From Prasinococcaceae sp. CCMP 1430 (lineage: Eukaryota > Plantae > Prasinodermophyta), in contig RQSC01001165.1 in NCBI GenBank assembly GCA_013416795.1, forward strand, positions 31,555-95,554: 64,000 nt of DNA. Direction: 5' to 3'. The translations under genes were made by a program, and so were the position numbers. Below are positions 42,223 to 52,319 of the stretch, one piece after another. The notes beneath the pieces were generated by a model. That model saw only the letters and a list, made by a program, of their open reading frames with translations. It did no database searches and had not been told where the DNA came from. How positions within the stretch are numbered: position 1 is the first letter of the stretch; every line of letters begins with the position of its first letter.

Positions 42223-43435
42223 ATGTCCTCCGAGGCGATGCGCGCGGCGGTCGCCACGCTGGCGTCCGAGCTTGCCGACGACGCGCGGCCGCTCGGGGCG
42301 CGCTTCCGTACGCTCTTCGCGCTGCGCAACGTCGCCGTGGAGCACGGCTCGGCGGCGGCGCTCGCCGCCGAGATGGTGGCCTACCGCGGGAAATCACGCG
42401 CCGAAACAGCACTGCTGCGCCACGAGTGCGCGTTCTGCCTTGGGCAGATGGGGGCGGCGAGGTACGCGCGCGCACGCGTGCGCGCTCGCGCGCGCCTTGC
42501 CGGCGCTCCGGTGCGCTTCCTGGCCCTTCCGCTCTGCCGCAAGCTCGGTCTCGCGCCTGCGACCGCTCCTGCGCGGGCGCGCGCGTGTCATGATGCTCGT
42601 GCGCGCGGTGGGCAAGCGCCAGCACGCATGCGCGCGCGCTGACGTCCCTCGCATTTGCCGACCACCGGCCGTGGCGCGCGGCACCCCGTGCTGCTGTGCA
42701 CGACCCTGCAGCGAGGTGGACGCGCTGCGCGCGGTCCTCGCGGATGCAGAGGAGGATTCGATGGTGCGGCACGAGGCTGGCGAGGCGCTGGGCGCCATAG
42801 CCGACACGCGCGCCGAAGATGCGCTCCGCACGCACGCTCACGACGACGCGCCGGAGGTGGCCGAGACGTGCGAGCTCGCGCTGCGCCGGCTCGCCGAGGT
42901 GCGCCGGCTGGTCGCCGAGGCCGCCGAGGGCGACGTCGATGCCGACACGGCCTTCAGTGGTGCGACGGCCTACAAGAGCGTCGACCCCGCGCCCGCCGCG
43001 TCGCCCGACGCGCCCGCCGATGAGCTACTCGAGGCGCTCGTCGACGAGAGCGGCGATCTTTGGGGACGCTACGGCGCGCTTTTCGCGCTGCGCAATCGCG
43101 GCGGTGACGATGCGGCCAGAGCCGTCGCGGCGGCACTGGGCGCTCGCTCCGCGCTGCTGCGCCACGAGGCCGCGTACTCGCTCGGCCAGCTGCAGAGCAG
43201 CGCCGCGCAGGACAGGCTCAAAGAGGTGCTTGCAGACCTTTCAGAACACCCAATGGTGCGCCACGAGGCGGCGGAGGCGCTCGGCGCCATTGCTTCGGAG
43301 GAGGCCGAGGCGGCGCTGCGCGCGTTCGTGGGGGATGAGGACCCCATCGTCGCACAGAGCTGCGAAGTGGCGCTCGACGTTCTCGATGCCGAGCGCACTG
43401 GTGAGGATTACATAGCTGCGCTGCCCGAGGCTTGA
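42223..43435 (+). CDS. DOHH: Deoxyhypusine hydroxylase; exons 42223-42461, 42712-43435
   Basis: Four HE motifs (LLRHEC, MVRHEAGEALG, LLRHEAA, MVRHEAAEALG), SVDPAP. Confidence 0.95.
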
Positions 43436-43563
43436 AATACTCCCAACACCGTGTACAACCACAACCTGCCCGAGCGCGCGTGCATCACCTCCGCGCGCCG
43501 CGTGTGCTCTCGCGTTCGCGTGCTCGCGCTCGAACGTGCGCGAATGGTGCGGTCCGTGCAAGG

Positions 43564-44436
43564 TTACATGAGCTGCGACGCGAGCAGCCAGTGCGCGTCG
43601 TTCGTGCTGCCTAGGAGCGCCCAGGCGCAGCCTGCGCCAGCACAGGCAGCGCCAAAGGCCGCACAGGCTACGGCGGAGCGATACTTGCGCTCGGCGAAGC
43701 AGCGTGCGAGCAGGGCTCGTGCGGAGTACAGCAATCGCGCGAGTGACGCTGGCTGGCGCTTGTACAGCTCGACGGCGGCGCGCGCCACAACAAACGCGGT
43801 GGCAGCGCCGACGAGTGCACGCTCACGGCGAGCTGCGCGCTTGAGGGAAGCGTCCGCCTCGGCCTCGATGCGCGCCTCGTCACCTGCCGCTGCTACATCG
43901 CGGACGCTCGCATCGCAGCCGGGCGGCGTGCGCCCCGTTGCCGCGTGCGACGCCGCGCACCCGCTGTCGCTGCTCATGGGCTCGCTGAGCGGCTCCAAAC
44001 CAGTCGCGTTCGCCACCCACTCCGCCATAGCCGCGAGTGTGCGCGCGCCGTCGAACCTGCGCTTGCGCCGTCCCTCCTCGGCTGGAAATGCCAACAGCGC
44101 CGGCGTCGCAAACACCCCGTGGCCTGCGAGCGCAGCCGCATTCGAGCGGGCGACGTCGACCGCGAAGAAGCGCGCCGTCGGAAAGAGCGCGGGCAGCTGT
44201 GTGGCTGCACGCCGCGCGTCCCGCGAGGCGCTACAGTCGAGCGCATGGTACAGTAGCACCACGGGACAGCTCGCGCCGAGCGCCTCCTGCGAGGCTCGGG
44301 TGAACTCCGCGTCGTCAACGAAGTGGAACCTGCCCCCCTCGACGCCTGCATCGTCGACCCCCCCTGCAGCGCCGACAAGCGCCAACGCGCCAATGAGCGC
44401 GAGCACGAGTACCAGCTCGATCCTGCTGCGCCGCAT
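43564..44436 (-). CDS. Secretory-pathway thioredoxin-like membrane protein (APRL/TXNDC15-like, CxxS)
   Basis: Signal peptide LVLVLALIGALALV; VLLYHALDCSAS; GVFATPALL; RFDGARTL...W...TGLEP; C-terminal hydrophobic stretch. Confidence 0.7.
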   Translation of the reverse strand: MRRSRIELVLVLALIGALALVGAAGGVDDAGVEGGRFHFVDDAEFTRASQEALGASCPVVLLYHALDCSASRDARRAATQLPALFPTARFFAVDVARSNAAALAGHGVFATPALLAFPAEEGRRKRRFDGARTLAAMAEWVANATGLEPLSEPMSSDSGCAASHAATGRTPPGCDASVRDVAAAGDEARIEAEADASLKRAARRERALVGAATAFVVARAAVELYKRQPASLARLLYSARALLARCFAERKYRSAVACAAFGAACAGAGCAWALLGSTNDAHWLLASQLM

Positions 44437-44820
44437 GGCACCGCTCGCCGCGGCCACCAGCTTCACGCTCGGGCCGCGTGGCCGCACTGGCCGGGTGGGG
44501 GTGAGAAGAAAAGCCACGAGGGTGAGAGGGGTGGGAGCCGGAGGCGCCGCGCGCGCACGCGCGCTGGCGGGCGCGCGCGCACCCGGCCCCGCCCCCTCCT
44601 ACCTCCGCTGAGATTCTCCCACGTCCGCTCGCGCTCACTCCGTTTCCCCGCGCCGCTCCGCTCCGCGCCGCGCCGCGCCGCGCCGCCGCGCGGCGGATCG
44701 CGTGATCCGCCAGCCGACCACCAACCAAAACCCAAGCCCACTCACGGATTGAAAAAGGGTATCGGGAAGAAACGCTGGGACTGGCTGGCTGGGTGGGAGC
44801 ACGCACACACACACGCCCNC

Positions 44821-46121
44821 GCGCTGCCGTTCTCGCGCGAACGGGAGACGCGCGCGCTGCTCGCGGGGGACGAGGCGGCGCTCGACGCCGACGCTGCGAG
44901 GCTGCTCGCGGCGCTGCGCGCGTCGGAGGCACATCTCATCTGGTGCGTGCGCGCCGCGAGCCCGCGCGACGCCGCTGGCCTGGCATGCGCACTGGCCTGA
45001 CCCGCCGACCCACACAGGCACAAGTGCGGCACGTTCGCGGATCACCTCGAGGGAGTGTGGCGCGTGCTGTGCGCCTGGCGACAAGAACGCGACGTCTGCC
45101 GCCTCGGCCTGTTCCACAGCGCGTATGGCAATAGGTGCGAAGGACGATGGGCTGCGGCGCGGGCGCGGGCGCGTATGCGCGCGCAGGCGCGCTGACGCCG
45201 CAGCACCGCATCGCACCCCCTGATCCCACGCCCTTCAGCTTCGTGGCAATGCGCTTGTACGACCCCGCCGACGACGGCGAGAGGGCGCGACTGGCAGCGT
45301 TGATAGGCGAGCGCGCCGAGCGTCTCGTGCACGCATTTTGCACGGTGGATCGCGCGTCCTTAGAAGCCACAGTACTGGCTGAGGGGAGCGTGCGCGAGCA
45401 GGGCTACGAGCTCGCGGACGTTCGCCATCCTGGGAGTGTCGTGAGGGTGAGCAAGGAGGATGCGTGTGCTTTTCTCATCGAGACAGTGGCAGACTATTTG
45501 GAACAGAGCACGGGCTGGCAGTCGGAGATGCAGCAGCTCGGCCCACCTGGCGCGGGTGGGGTGCTATGGCCTGGCCCAATGCGCCCCACGTTGCGGATGG
45601 CGATGGTTTCCCGCCTCGCCCGCGCTGCTGCGCGCGCGCAGGTGGGCACTGGCGAATGCATTCCATTGTTCGACAACTGCACCGCGACGCTCGAGGAGGC
45701 AGACGAAGCGAAAGCGGTGGACTTGTACTGGTCCGTGGTGGCCGAGAGGGTGGCCCAGGGAGAGGCGGCGGAGGCGGCGTTGGAAGAAGCGAGTCGGCTC
45801 AACCCTTTCGTGGGTGAGCCGCACGTCGTTCGCGCGCAGCTACTGCTCGCGCGCGGCGCGTGGGACAAGGCACGGGATGCTTGCGCACGCGGGCTCAAGC
45901 TACTGGAAGACTGGGGGGGCACGTGCTGGGACAAACGCATGCCGTGGGCGGCGTGGGTGAACTGGTGCCGCGCGATGGCGCTGCAGGCGGACGCTCGCGC
46001 TTGGCCTTGCACCCACGGAGGCGTGGAGAGCCTGGGCGCCACCGAGGCGCACATGACGTTCCGCGAGCTCAACCACGGGCGCAGCATGGCGCCGCGCACG
46101 GAGCGTGAAATGGTATCCTGA
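44821..46121 (+). CDS. DUF6817/HD-like + TPR protein; exons <44821-44942, 45018-45134, 45239-46121; start lost at N 44819
   Basis: WHKCGTFADHL..V..VL..W...CRLGLFHSAYGNSFV, IGERAERLV..FC, NPFVGEPHV, WG..WDKRM.W..W. Confidence 0.8.
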
Positions 46122-46312
46122 GTATCTATGCCCCCCCGCGCGTCCTGTAAAGTGGGTTTTGGGCTGCGTTCGCGGCATCCGGACGCGGCGGCCGGCAGGC
46201 AGCCTCGGCGGCGGCGGCCGCTGCGTGGCGCGCGCAGCGAGGGAGGGAGGGGAGCGGGCGGGGCGTGGCCGGGCGGCGTGACGCTCAGCGAGGGGCGGGC
46301 GGGCGCATTGGT

Positions 46313-47633
46313 GTGACGGCGCTGCGAGGCAGGCCGGAGAGCGCGGCCGAGGCGCGCGCAGGCGCCGCCGCGGGTTACTATGGCGCTGCCGAGGCGGCCG
46401 CGTATGACGCGCGCGCGCGAGCTTCGGGCGCGCAGGCCGAGCTCGCAGATGCGGCGCTTGGACTCGCAGGCGCTGGGGGAGGCGGCAGCAGCCTTGCGCC
46501 CGGCGCTGCGCTTTCGCCCGTCGGTCTGTTGCTGGACCTCGGCTGCGGCTCCGGCCTGAGCGGTGCCCGCGTGCCAGCACCTTGGTACTGGATCGGCGTT
46601 GACGTGAGCAGCGATCTCCTGTGCTTGGCGGCGGAGCGCGCAGCACACACTCGAAGTGGTTCCCTCACGAGCGCGGGCGCAGGCGCAGATGCAGCCGCCT
46701 GCCAAGGGGACGGCGACGGGGCCCGCACAGACACGCCGCTGCCACGCTGTGCGGGGCTCGTGCGATGCGACCTCGGCCAGGGTCTGCCATTCCGCGCAGG
46801 AGCGTTCGACGCGGCGATCTCCGTATCGGTCGTGCAGGTGAGCACGCGCTTGCGTGCCCGCACTTTCCCGCTCTCTCGCGCACATCTGCGCCCCGCTGAC
46901 GACGCTCGTTTCTCAGTGGCTAAGCGAGCGTCCTATCGGAGAAGCGCGCAGGTTCTTCTCGCACACGCGCGAGGTCCTCGTCAGCCCACGCGGTCGATGG
47001 GCATGCAGCATGCAGTACTACCCTGCATGCGCGGCGGATGCACACGCCCTCGCGCGCGCCGCGCGAGCCTCGGGCCTGCCCCTCAGACCTGTGGTGCTGT
47101 ACCCGCACGTTTGCAAGGAGCGGCGCACGGCGCGGAAGTTCTTCCTGTGCAGTGAGGCTGAGGCTGCCGAGGAGCGCTCATCGGCGCCCGGCGGTGCGCG
47201 GCGTCGGAGCGGCGCGTGCCCGCTCTCCTACCCGTATGGCTGCGACTGCGCGGCGCGCTGGATGGTGCGCACCGCCCGCGTTCGCGACGCCAGCACAGCC
47301 ACGCAGGGGACCACAGGCCTTCCCGCCTTGCCCGCGCCACGGGAGGCTGCCGCGGCCACCGCGGTGGCAGCGGCTGGGAAACTCTCGCAGCTGCACTCCA
47401 TGCACCGCAAGCAGATGCGCTCCATCGCTCGCCTCGCTCTTCGTCTCGCGCGCGAGGCAATCGCCCGGAGCGACGGCACGCAGCTGCCGCTGCTCGTGCG
47501 GTTCGCGCTCGCGGGCGCTGTCGTGCGCTGGCTCGGGCTCTTCGGTTGCCTGGCGGGTGCCGACGCCGGGACCGCCGTGCGCGCCATCATCGCGCTCGAG
47601 CGCCACCGAGCGCGTGCGTCGCGGCCCGGGTAG
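46313..47633 (+). CDS. BUD23: BUD23/WBSCR22-like 18S rRNA m7G methyltransferase, divergent C-terminus; intron 46838-46916; no in-frame ATG
   Basis: RPE...Y...A..Y, LLLDLGCGSGLSG, WIGVDVS..LL, DLGQGLPFR.G.FD.AISVS.VQWL, FF, QYYP, YPH...RK.FL. Confidence 0.8.
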
Positions 47634-47708
47634 GCGTACTGTCTCTTCGCATGTTGTAAAGTATGTCAAGTGTAGGACCATTACTCAAGAAAGGTATTAG
47701 GTGTCTCG

Positions 47709-48705
47709 TCATGCGCCGCAGAGCTTCTCGAGCGCCGCGCTTTCGTCGCCGCCCGTCGCCGCGAGCGCTGCCTTCACGCTTTCGGTATCGAAGCCCATCT
47801 CGCACAGCCGCGCAACCTTGGCGTCGTCGCTCGAGGGGACGGCGAACGTCTCCGTCCAGTAGCGCGCAGTGTTCTTGTACTCCTCATAGTTCTTGATGTA
47901 CTGCGAGGCAACCTGCGCGTCTTGTGGATCGTTGGGCTCGGGCGTCGACAGAAGCGCCTGCAGCGACAGCAGCGCGGTCTTGAGAGTCAAGGCTGGGCTC
48001 CACTGATCCTGCAGACGCGCGCGTCCGGCGAGAGGCAGCGAGTGCGCGCGCGGGCGCGAGCGCAAGGCATGGGCGGTTGGTGTTGGGTCAGCGTGCCCCT
48101 CATTTGCGCCAGCTCTGGCGCACTGACCAGAGCCGCGCGCGCGACACACGCGGCGTGTGCTGCGCTGTATTGCGCTGCGCACCTTGAGGATGTCGAGGCA
48201 GATCGCGCCATTGGCGCTGGACACGTTGGGATGCCAGACCTTCGTGATGAAGACCATCTTCGGAGGTTCGAAGGGATAACTGTCGCCCAGCTGAATGTCC
48301 ACAGAGAACAAGCCGCCCTCGTACGGCGTGCCCACGGGCCCCTGAGCCCCCGATCCGAGCGTAACGCGCACAGCGCGGGGTCAGCGCGCCGACTGCGCCG
48401 CGCGTCCACCGCGACGCCCGCGCGTCCAAGCGCACGCACGAGCGAGGATGTTATGCGAGAGCGTGATGCGAGGGGGCGCGACGCGCGTGCGCAACGCGGG
48501 CGCGCACACGGGCACAGGCGGGCGGGCGCGCAAGCGCAAGTGGGCGCAGGCGCTCGTGCACCCACCCCACGCGCACCTTAATCTCGCCGCGCATGTGCGA
48601 GAGCGCCTGCGCGCCCTCCCCGGTGACGGTCACCGTGACGCCGCTGGCCGTGTCGCGCGCCACGTCCCTGAGCTCGCGCTGCACGCGCGCCGCGTCGAGC
48701 GGCAT
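47709..48705 (-). CDS. UBE2K: Ubiquitin-conjugating enzyme with C-terminal UBA (UBE2K/Ubc1/UBC27); exons 48705-48577, 48341-48183, 48008-47709
   Basis: [61 protein letters not shown]. Confidence 0.96.
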
Positions 48706-48844
48706 CGCCACCGCATGCACGCCGGTCTGCGGGCCGCGCGCCCCACCGGCGAGCACGTCCGGCGCCGACGGCAGCGTGGAGCTCGCCCGCAGCGAGGGCG
48801 ACGGCGCGAGCGGCAGCACCTACGGCGAAGGCGAGGCGCTCGCC

Positions 48845-49657
48845 ATGCTGCGCTCGCAGCTCTTCGCCTCGGTGGCGCTGCCTCCGCACGGGGAGCGCGG
48901 CGGCGGCCTCGGAGCGGTGGTGCTGGCGGCCGAGGGCAAGGATGCCGAGGTCGAGGGAGGCAGTTCCGATGAGGGCGGCGAGGCGCAGAGCGAGCAGGGC
49001 CGCGCGGCCCCGGGCGGCGGGCACGACGACAAGGACCAGAACGGACGAAACAAGGAGTACTACGCGCAGATGGGCGACGCCATCCGCGCGCTGCGCGCCG
49101 ATCTGCCCATGATCTTCGACAAGGAGCACCCGGTAGATTGGGACATCTACCGCGAGGACGTCGGCCTCATCGTCAACATCGAGACGCCGCCGAAGCTGCG
49201 CACGCGTCTCGAGGGGCTGGACAACTACAAGGTGGTGTGGGAGTGGTTCCGGAAGACAATACGGGTATTCTTCAGGTCGCCGAGCGTCGAGGTGAAGCGC
49301 ATCTGGCAGCCAGTGGACGGCATCATCATGGTGAGGTGGACCATCTGGGGCACGCTGCGCGGCATGGGCGCCAACATGCAGCCGGCCGTGCAGTTCGAGG
49401 GCTCGAGCGAGTTCAAGTTGGACAAGGATGGCCTCATCTATGAGCACCGCATAGACAACCGCGCGATGTCTGGGCGCAACGGCCAGCGCCAGCCCACGTG
49501 GCAGCTCGAGCTGGCGCGCATCGCAGCCCCTGCGCGCACTCCGACGCCGACCATGTGGTGCGAGAAGGCCGACTCGCCCACCGCGCTGCTGCTGCAGTTG
49601 GTCAAGCGAGCCATAGCGGCCGCGCCCAGAGGGACTGTCGCCGGCAGCAACAACTAA
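48845..49657 (+). CDS. DUF2358 (NTF2/SnoaL-like) protein; true start may be upstream and lost
   Basis: EYYAQMGDAIRALRADLP.IF, DIYREDV, GLDNYK, WQP....I.VRWT..G, FEG.SE.KLD.DG.IYEHRIDN. Confidence 0.85.
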   Translation: MLRSQLFASVALPPHGERGGGLGAVVLAAEGKDAEVEGGSSDEGGEAQSEQGRAAPGGGHDDKDQNGRNKEYYAQMGDAIRALRADLPMIFDKEHPVDWDIYREDVGLIVNIETPPKLRTRLEGLDNYKVVWEWFRKTIRVFFRSPSVEVKRIWQPVDGIIMVRWTIWGTLRGMGANMQPAVQFEGSSEFKLDKDGLIYEHRIDNRAMSGRNGQRQPTWQLELARIAAPARTPTPTMWCEKADSPTALLLQLVKRAIAAAPRGTVAGSNN

Positions 49658-50312
49658 TGAGAGGCTCACGCACCCGGGCGCGAGGGAGGCGCCAACGAAG
49701 TGAGCAGCGAGGTCCCGGCGACCGGGACGGCCGGCGGTCAGGTCGTCCCAGTGTATATGTCTCAGTACTACTAGCCATTGTGTCGCCCGGCGGCGCGGGC
49801 GAGCGCCGGGGAGTCGCCAGCGCAGCCACCATGCCTCCGCCGCGGGCGCTCGCGCTCGCGCCAGCGAGAACCCGAGCCGCTCCTCTGCTCGTCCCGCCAC
49901 CACCCAGCTGCCACGGCGCCGCGCTGCGTCCCGCAAGTGCGCGCTCGCTCGCCGCATGGCATGGTGCCATGCCACCTCATCGCGCCGCATGATGCGACCA
50001 TCGCATTGCTTTCCCGTGGTCTCACTATACCTCTATTCTGGTGCTCGTGAGTTTTATTTCCGACGGCGAAATGCGAATGCGAATGCGCTTTGATCCCATT
50101 GAAATTGATGGGGTGTGTCCGCGCGAAAAGAAAAGAAAAAACGCCGCTGCCGGTCTCCCTCGGAAGCGCGCGCTGCGCGCTGATGGGGCGGGTGGTTCGC
50201 GCTGGTGACCATACCAAAATGAACGCGTGGGCACACCGAGCGCCGCGGCACAGCCAGGAGCCAACGACGAGCGCTGAGATTTATTAGGGTGACTAGCTAG
50301 AGAGCGCCCATA

Positions 50313-51971
50313 CTACTGTATGTGAGGCGGGTCGTGGCGTCGGTGCGCCGTGCAGTAGCAGCGGGCGCTGAACCAGTACTCTTGCGAGTACCCGCGCAGG
50401 TTGAAGGCCTGGCCGCCCTCGGCGTACTTCTCCGCGCCGCCGCCACCGCCGGGCAGCCCTCCCTTGCTCGCGGCGAATGCGCGCAAGTTTTCCACTTCCC
50501 GCTGCAGGTGCATCGCTTCGGCAGACCACTTGTCGCGCTCCGAGTCAGCGACGTACACCGCCACGCGCAGCTCCTCGAGCTGTGCGCGCGCGTGGCTGAG
50601 ATCCTCTCGCATGCCGGCGATGTCTTCCTCGCTCGTGGCCTGCGCGCACTCCGTCGTGCCGGCAGGCGGTCGTGTTTCGGCGCTGGCCGTGGCCGCGGCC
50701 GGAGCCGGAGCCGCGTCCTCATTCGCATCGCGCAGCTCCAGCACCTGCGTGCGCAGGCGCTCGATCTCGGCCTTGCTGTCGTCGAGCGCCGCGGCCGTGC
50801 CCATCGATGACGTCTCGGAGCGCTGCAACGCGGCCTCTGCAAGCAAGCGACGCTCTTGCTCGCGTTCTAGCTCGGCGCGGAGCTCGCTCGACGCGCTGCT
50901 GCCCGAAAGTGCGGGACACGAAGCGCCAGCGGCTTTGCCGTTCGCCTCGACGGCGTCGCGGCGTGCCTGAGCGAGTGCCGCGCGCGCCTCGTCGAGCTCT
51001 GCCTCGAGATTCGTCGCGCGGCTGCCATTGAGACCGCCGGAGGCGCAGTCGCTCCCCTCGCCCGCCGCGNGGCGCCACGCCGCCGCGGGCACCGGCAGTT
51101 GGTGCTGCGGCTCCGCCGGCCCGCGGCCACGACCAGACGCCGCCGCGCGCAGCGCCCATGCGTGGTGGCCAACGAGGTCCTTGCTCATCTTGAGCACCGA
51201 CTGCAGCGTGGCCTCAGCCTCAGCTGCTCGAGTCTCGGCAGCCGCCTTGGCACGGCGCAAGCTCTCGGCCTGCTTCGCGAAGGCCTCCCGCTCGCGCTCG
51301 AGCTGCACCTCGAGCGCCGGTGCCTCCTTCTCGGAGGCCCTGCGCTTGCGCGGGCTGCTACATGAGGACATGATCAACTTCGGCTTTTCCCCCTGCAGCT
51401 GAAGTTGCTGCTGCAACAGCATCAGCTGCTGTCGGTGCCCCTCTTCCTTCTCCTTCTCTCTCTGCCTCTGCTCGTCCCTCTCGCGCTCCCGTTCAGCAAG
51501 CAGCTCCTTCTCTCTCTGCCTCTGCTCGTCCCTCTCGCGCTCCCGTTCAGTGAGCAGCTCCTTGCGAGCTGCCTCTGACTGGCGCAGCGCCTCAACAGTG
51601 TTTCGAAGGCCGGTGCCGAGGTTGCGTATTTCCTCCGAGATGGCCGCGCGCTCCTCCTCGAGCTCGCGGCGCGCCTGGTCTCCTTCTCCGCCCACAGCGT
51701 CGAGTGCTGCGCGCAGCGACTCGCGCTCCGAGCGCGCCTGCACGAGCTGCGCCTGCAGCGCGCGTATGGCCTTCGCCGACGCTGCGCTGCTGACAAACGC
51801 CCCCGCGTGAGCAGTTTCCACCACCGAAGCCGCGTTTCCTCCCGCGCCCAGCGCCGCCACGGCGTCGGGTTCGAGCCTCTCGACCCCGACGGAGAGCTCC
51901 GCGTCGACAGCCGCGGTCGCGTCGCCGGGCGGCGCGCCGAGCGCGGCCGCCTCGCCCTCAAACCCCTCCAT
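50313..51971 (-). CDS. Coiled-coil protein of unknown function (join at N 51070)
   Basis: gccATGg start; E/R/A/L heptad-rich; frame across the N not verifiable. Confidence 0.65.
   Translation of the reverse strand: MEGFEGEAAALGAPPGDATAAVDAELSVGVERLEPDAVAALGAGGNAASVVETAHAGAFVSSAASAKAIRALQAQLVQARSERESLRAALDAVGGEGDQARRELEEERAAISEEIRNLGTGLRNTVEALRQSEAARKELLTERERERDEQRQREKELLAERERERDEQRQREKEKEEGHRQQLMLLQQQLQLQGEKPKLIMSSCSSPRKRRASEKEAPALEVQLEREREAFAKQAESLRRAKAAAETRAAEAEATLQSVLKMSKDLVGHHAWALRAAASGRGRGPAEPQHQLPVPAAAWRXAAGEGSDCASGGLNGSRATNLEAELDEARAALAQARRDAVEANGKAAGASCPALSGSSASSELRAELEREQERRLLAEAALQRSETSSMGTAAALDDSKAEIERLRTQVLELRDANEDAAPAPAAATASAETRPPAGTTECAQATSEEDIAGMREDLSHARAQLEELRVAVYVADSERDKWSAEAMHLQREVENLRAFAASKGGLPGGGGGAEKYAEGGQAFNLRGYSQEYWFSARCYCTAHRRHDPPHIQ
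51450..51557 (-). repeat. 54-bp coding tandem duplication (ELLxERERERDEQRQREK x2)
   Basis: Units 51450-51503 and 51504-51557 differ at 2 nt (one Thr/Ala change). Confidence 0.9.
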
Positions 51972-52319
51972 GGCGTCGCAACGCGACGACGCGCGACAGG
52001 ACGAGCGACCCGACGCCCTCGCCCCCCTCCCCCACTTCCCCCGCCCGGGCCCACGCACGCACCGGTGCGCCCGCCAGGGACGCGCCGCGCCCCGTAGCAC
52101 CGCCGAGCGCGCGCCAGCCGGCGGCGCCGTGCCATCATCGGGCTGAGAGCTGAGAGCGGTGCCGAAGGGGCTCGAGAGACAGGGTTCGCAAAAGTGGTTC
52201 GATTCAATGATGCTGTTCGTTCAGGCGCGATTCGGGTTCGGGAGTGAGCTCAGGATCGCTCCGGCTACACTGCTGCTGGTGGACTACAGGTAGGCGAGGG
52301 CAGTCACGTCGGGCCCTGA

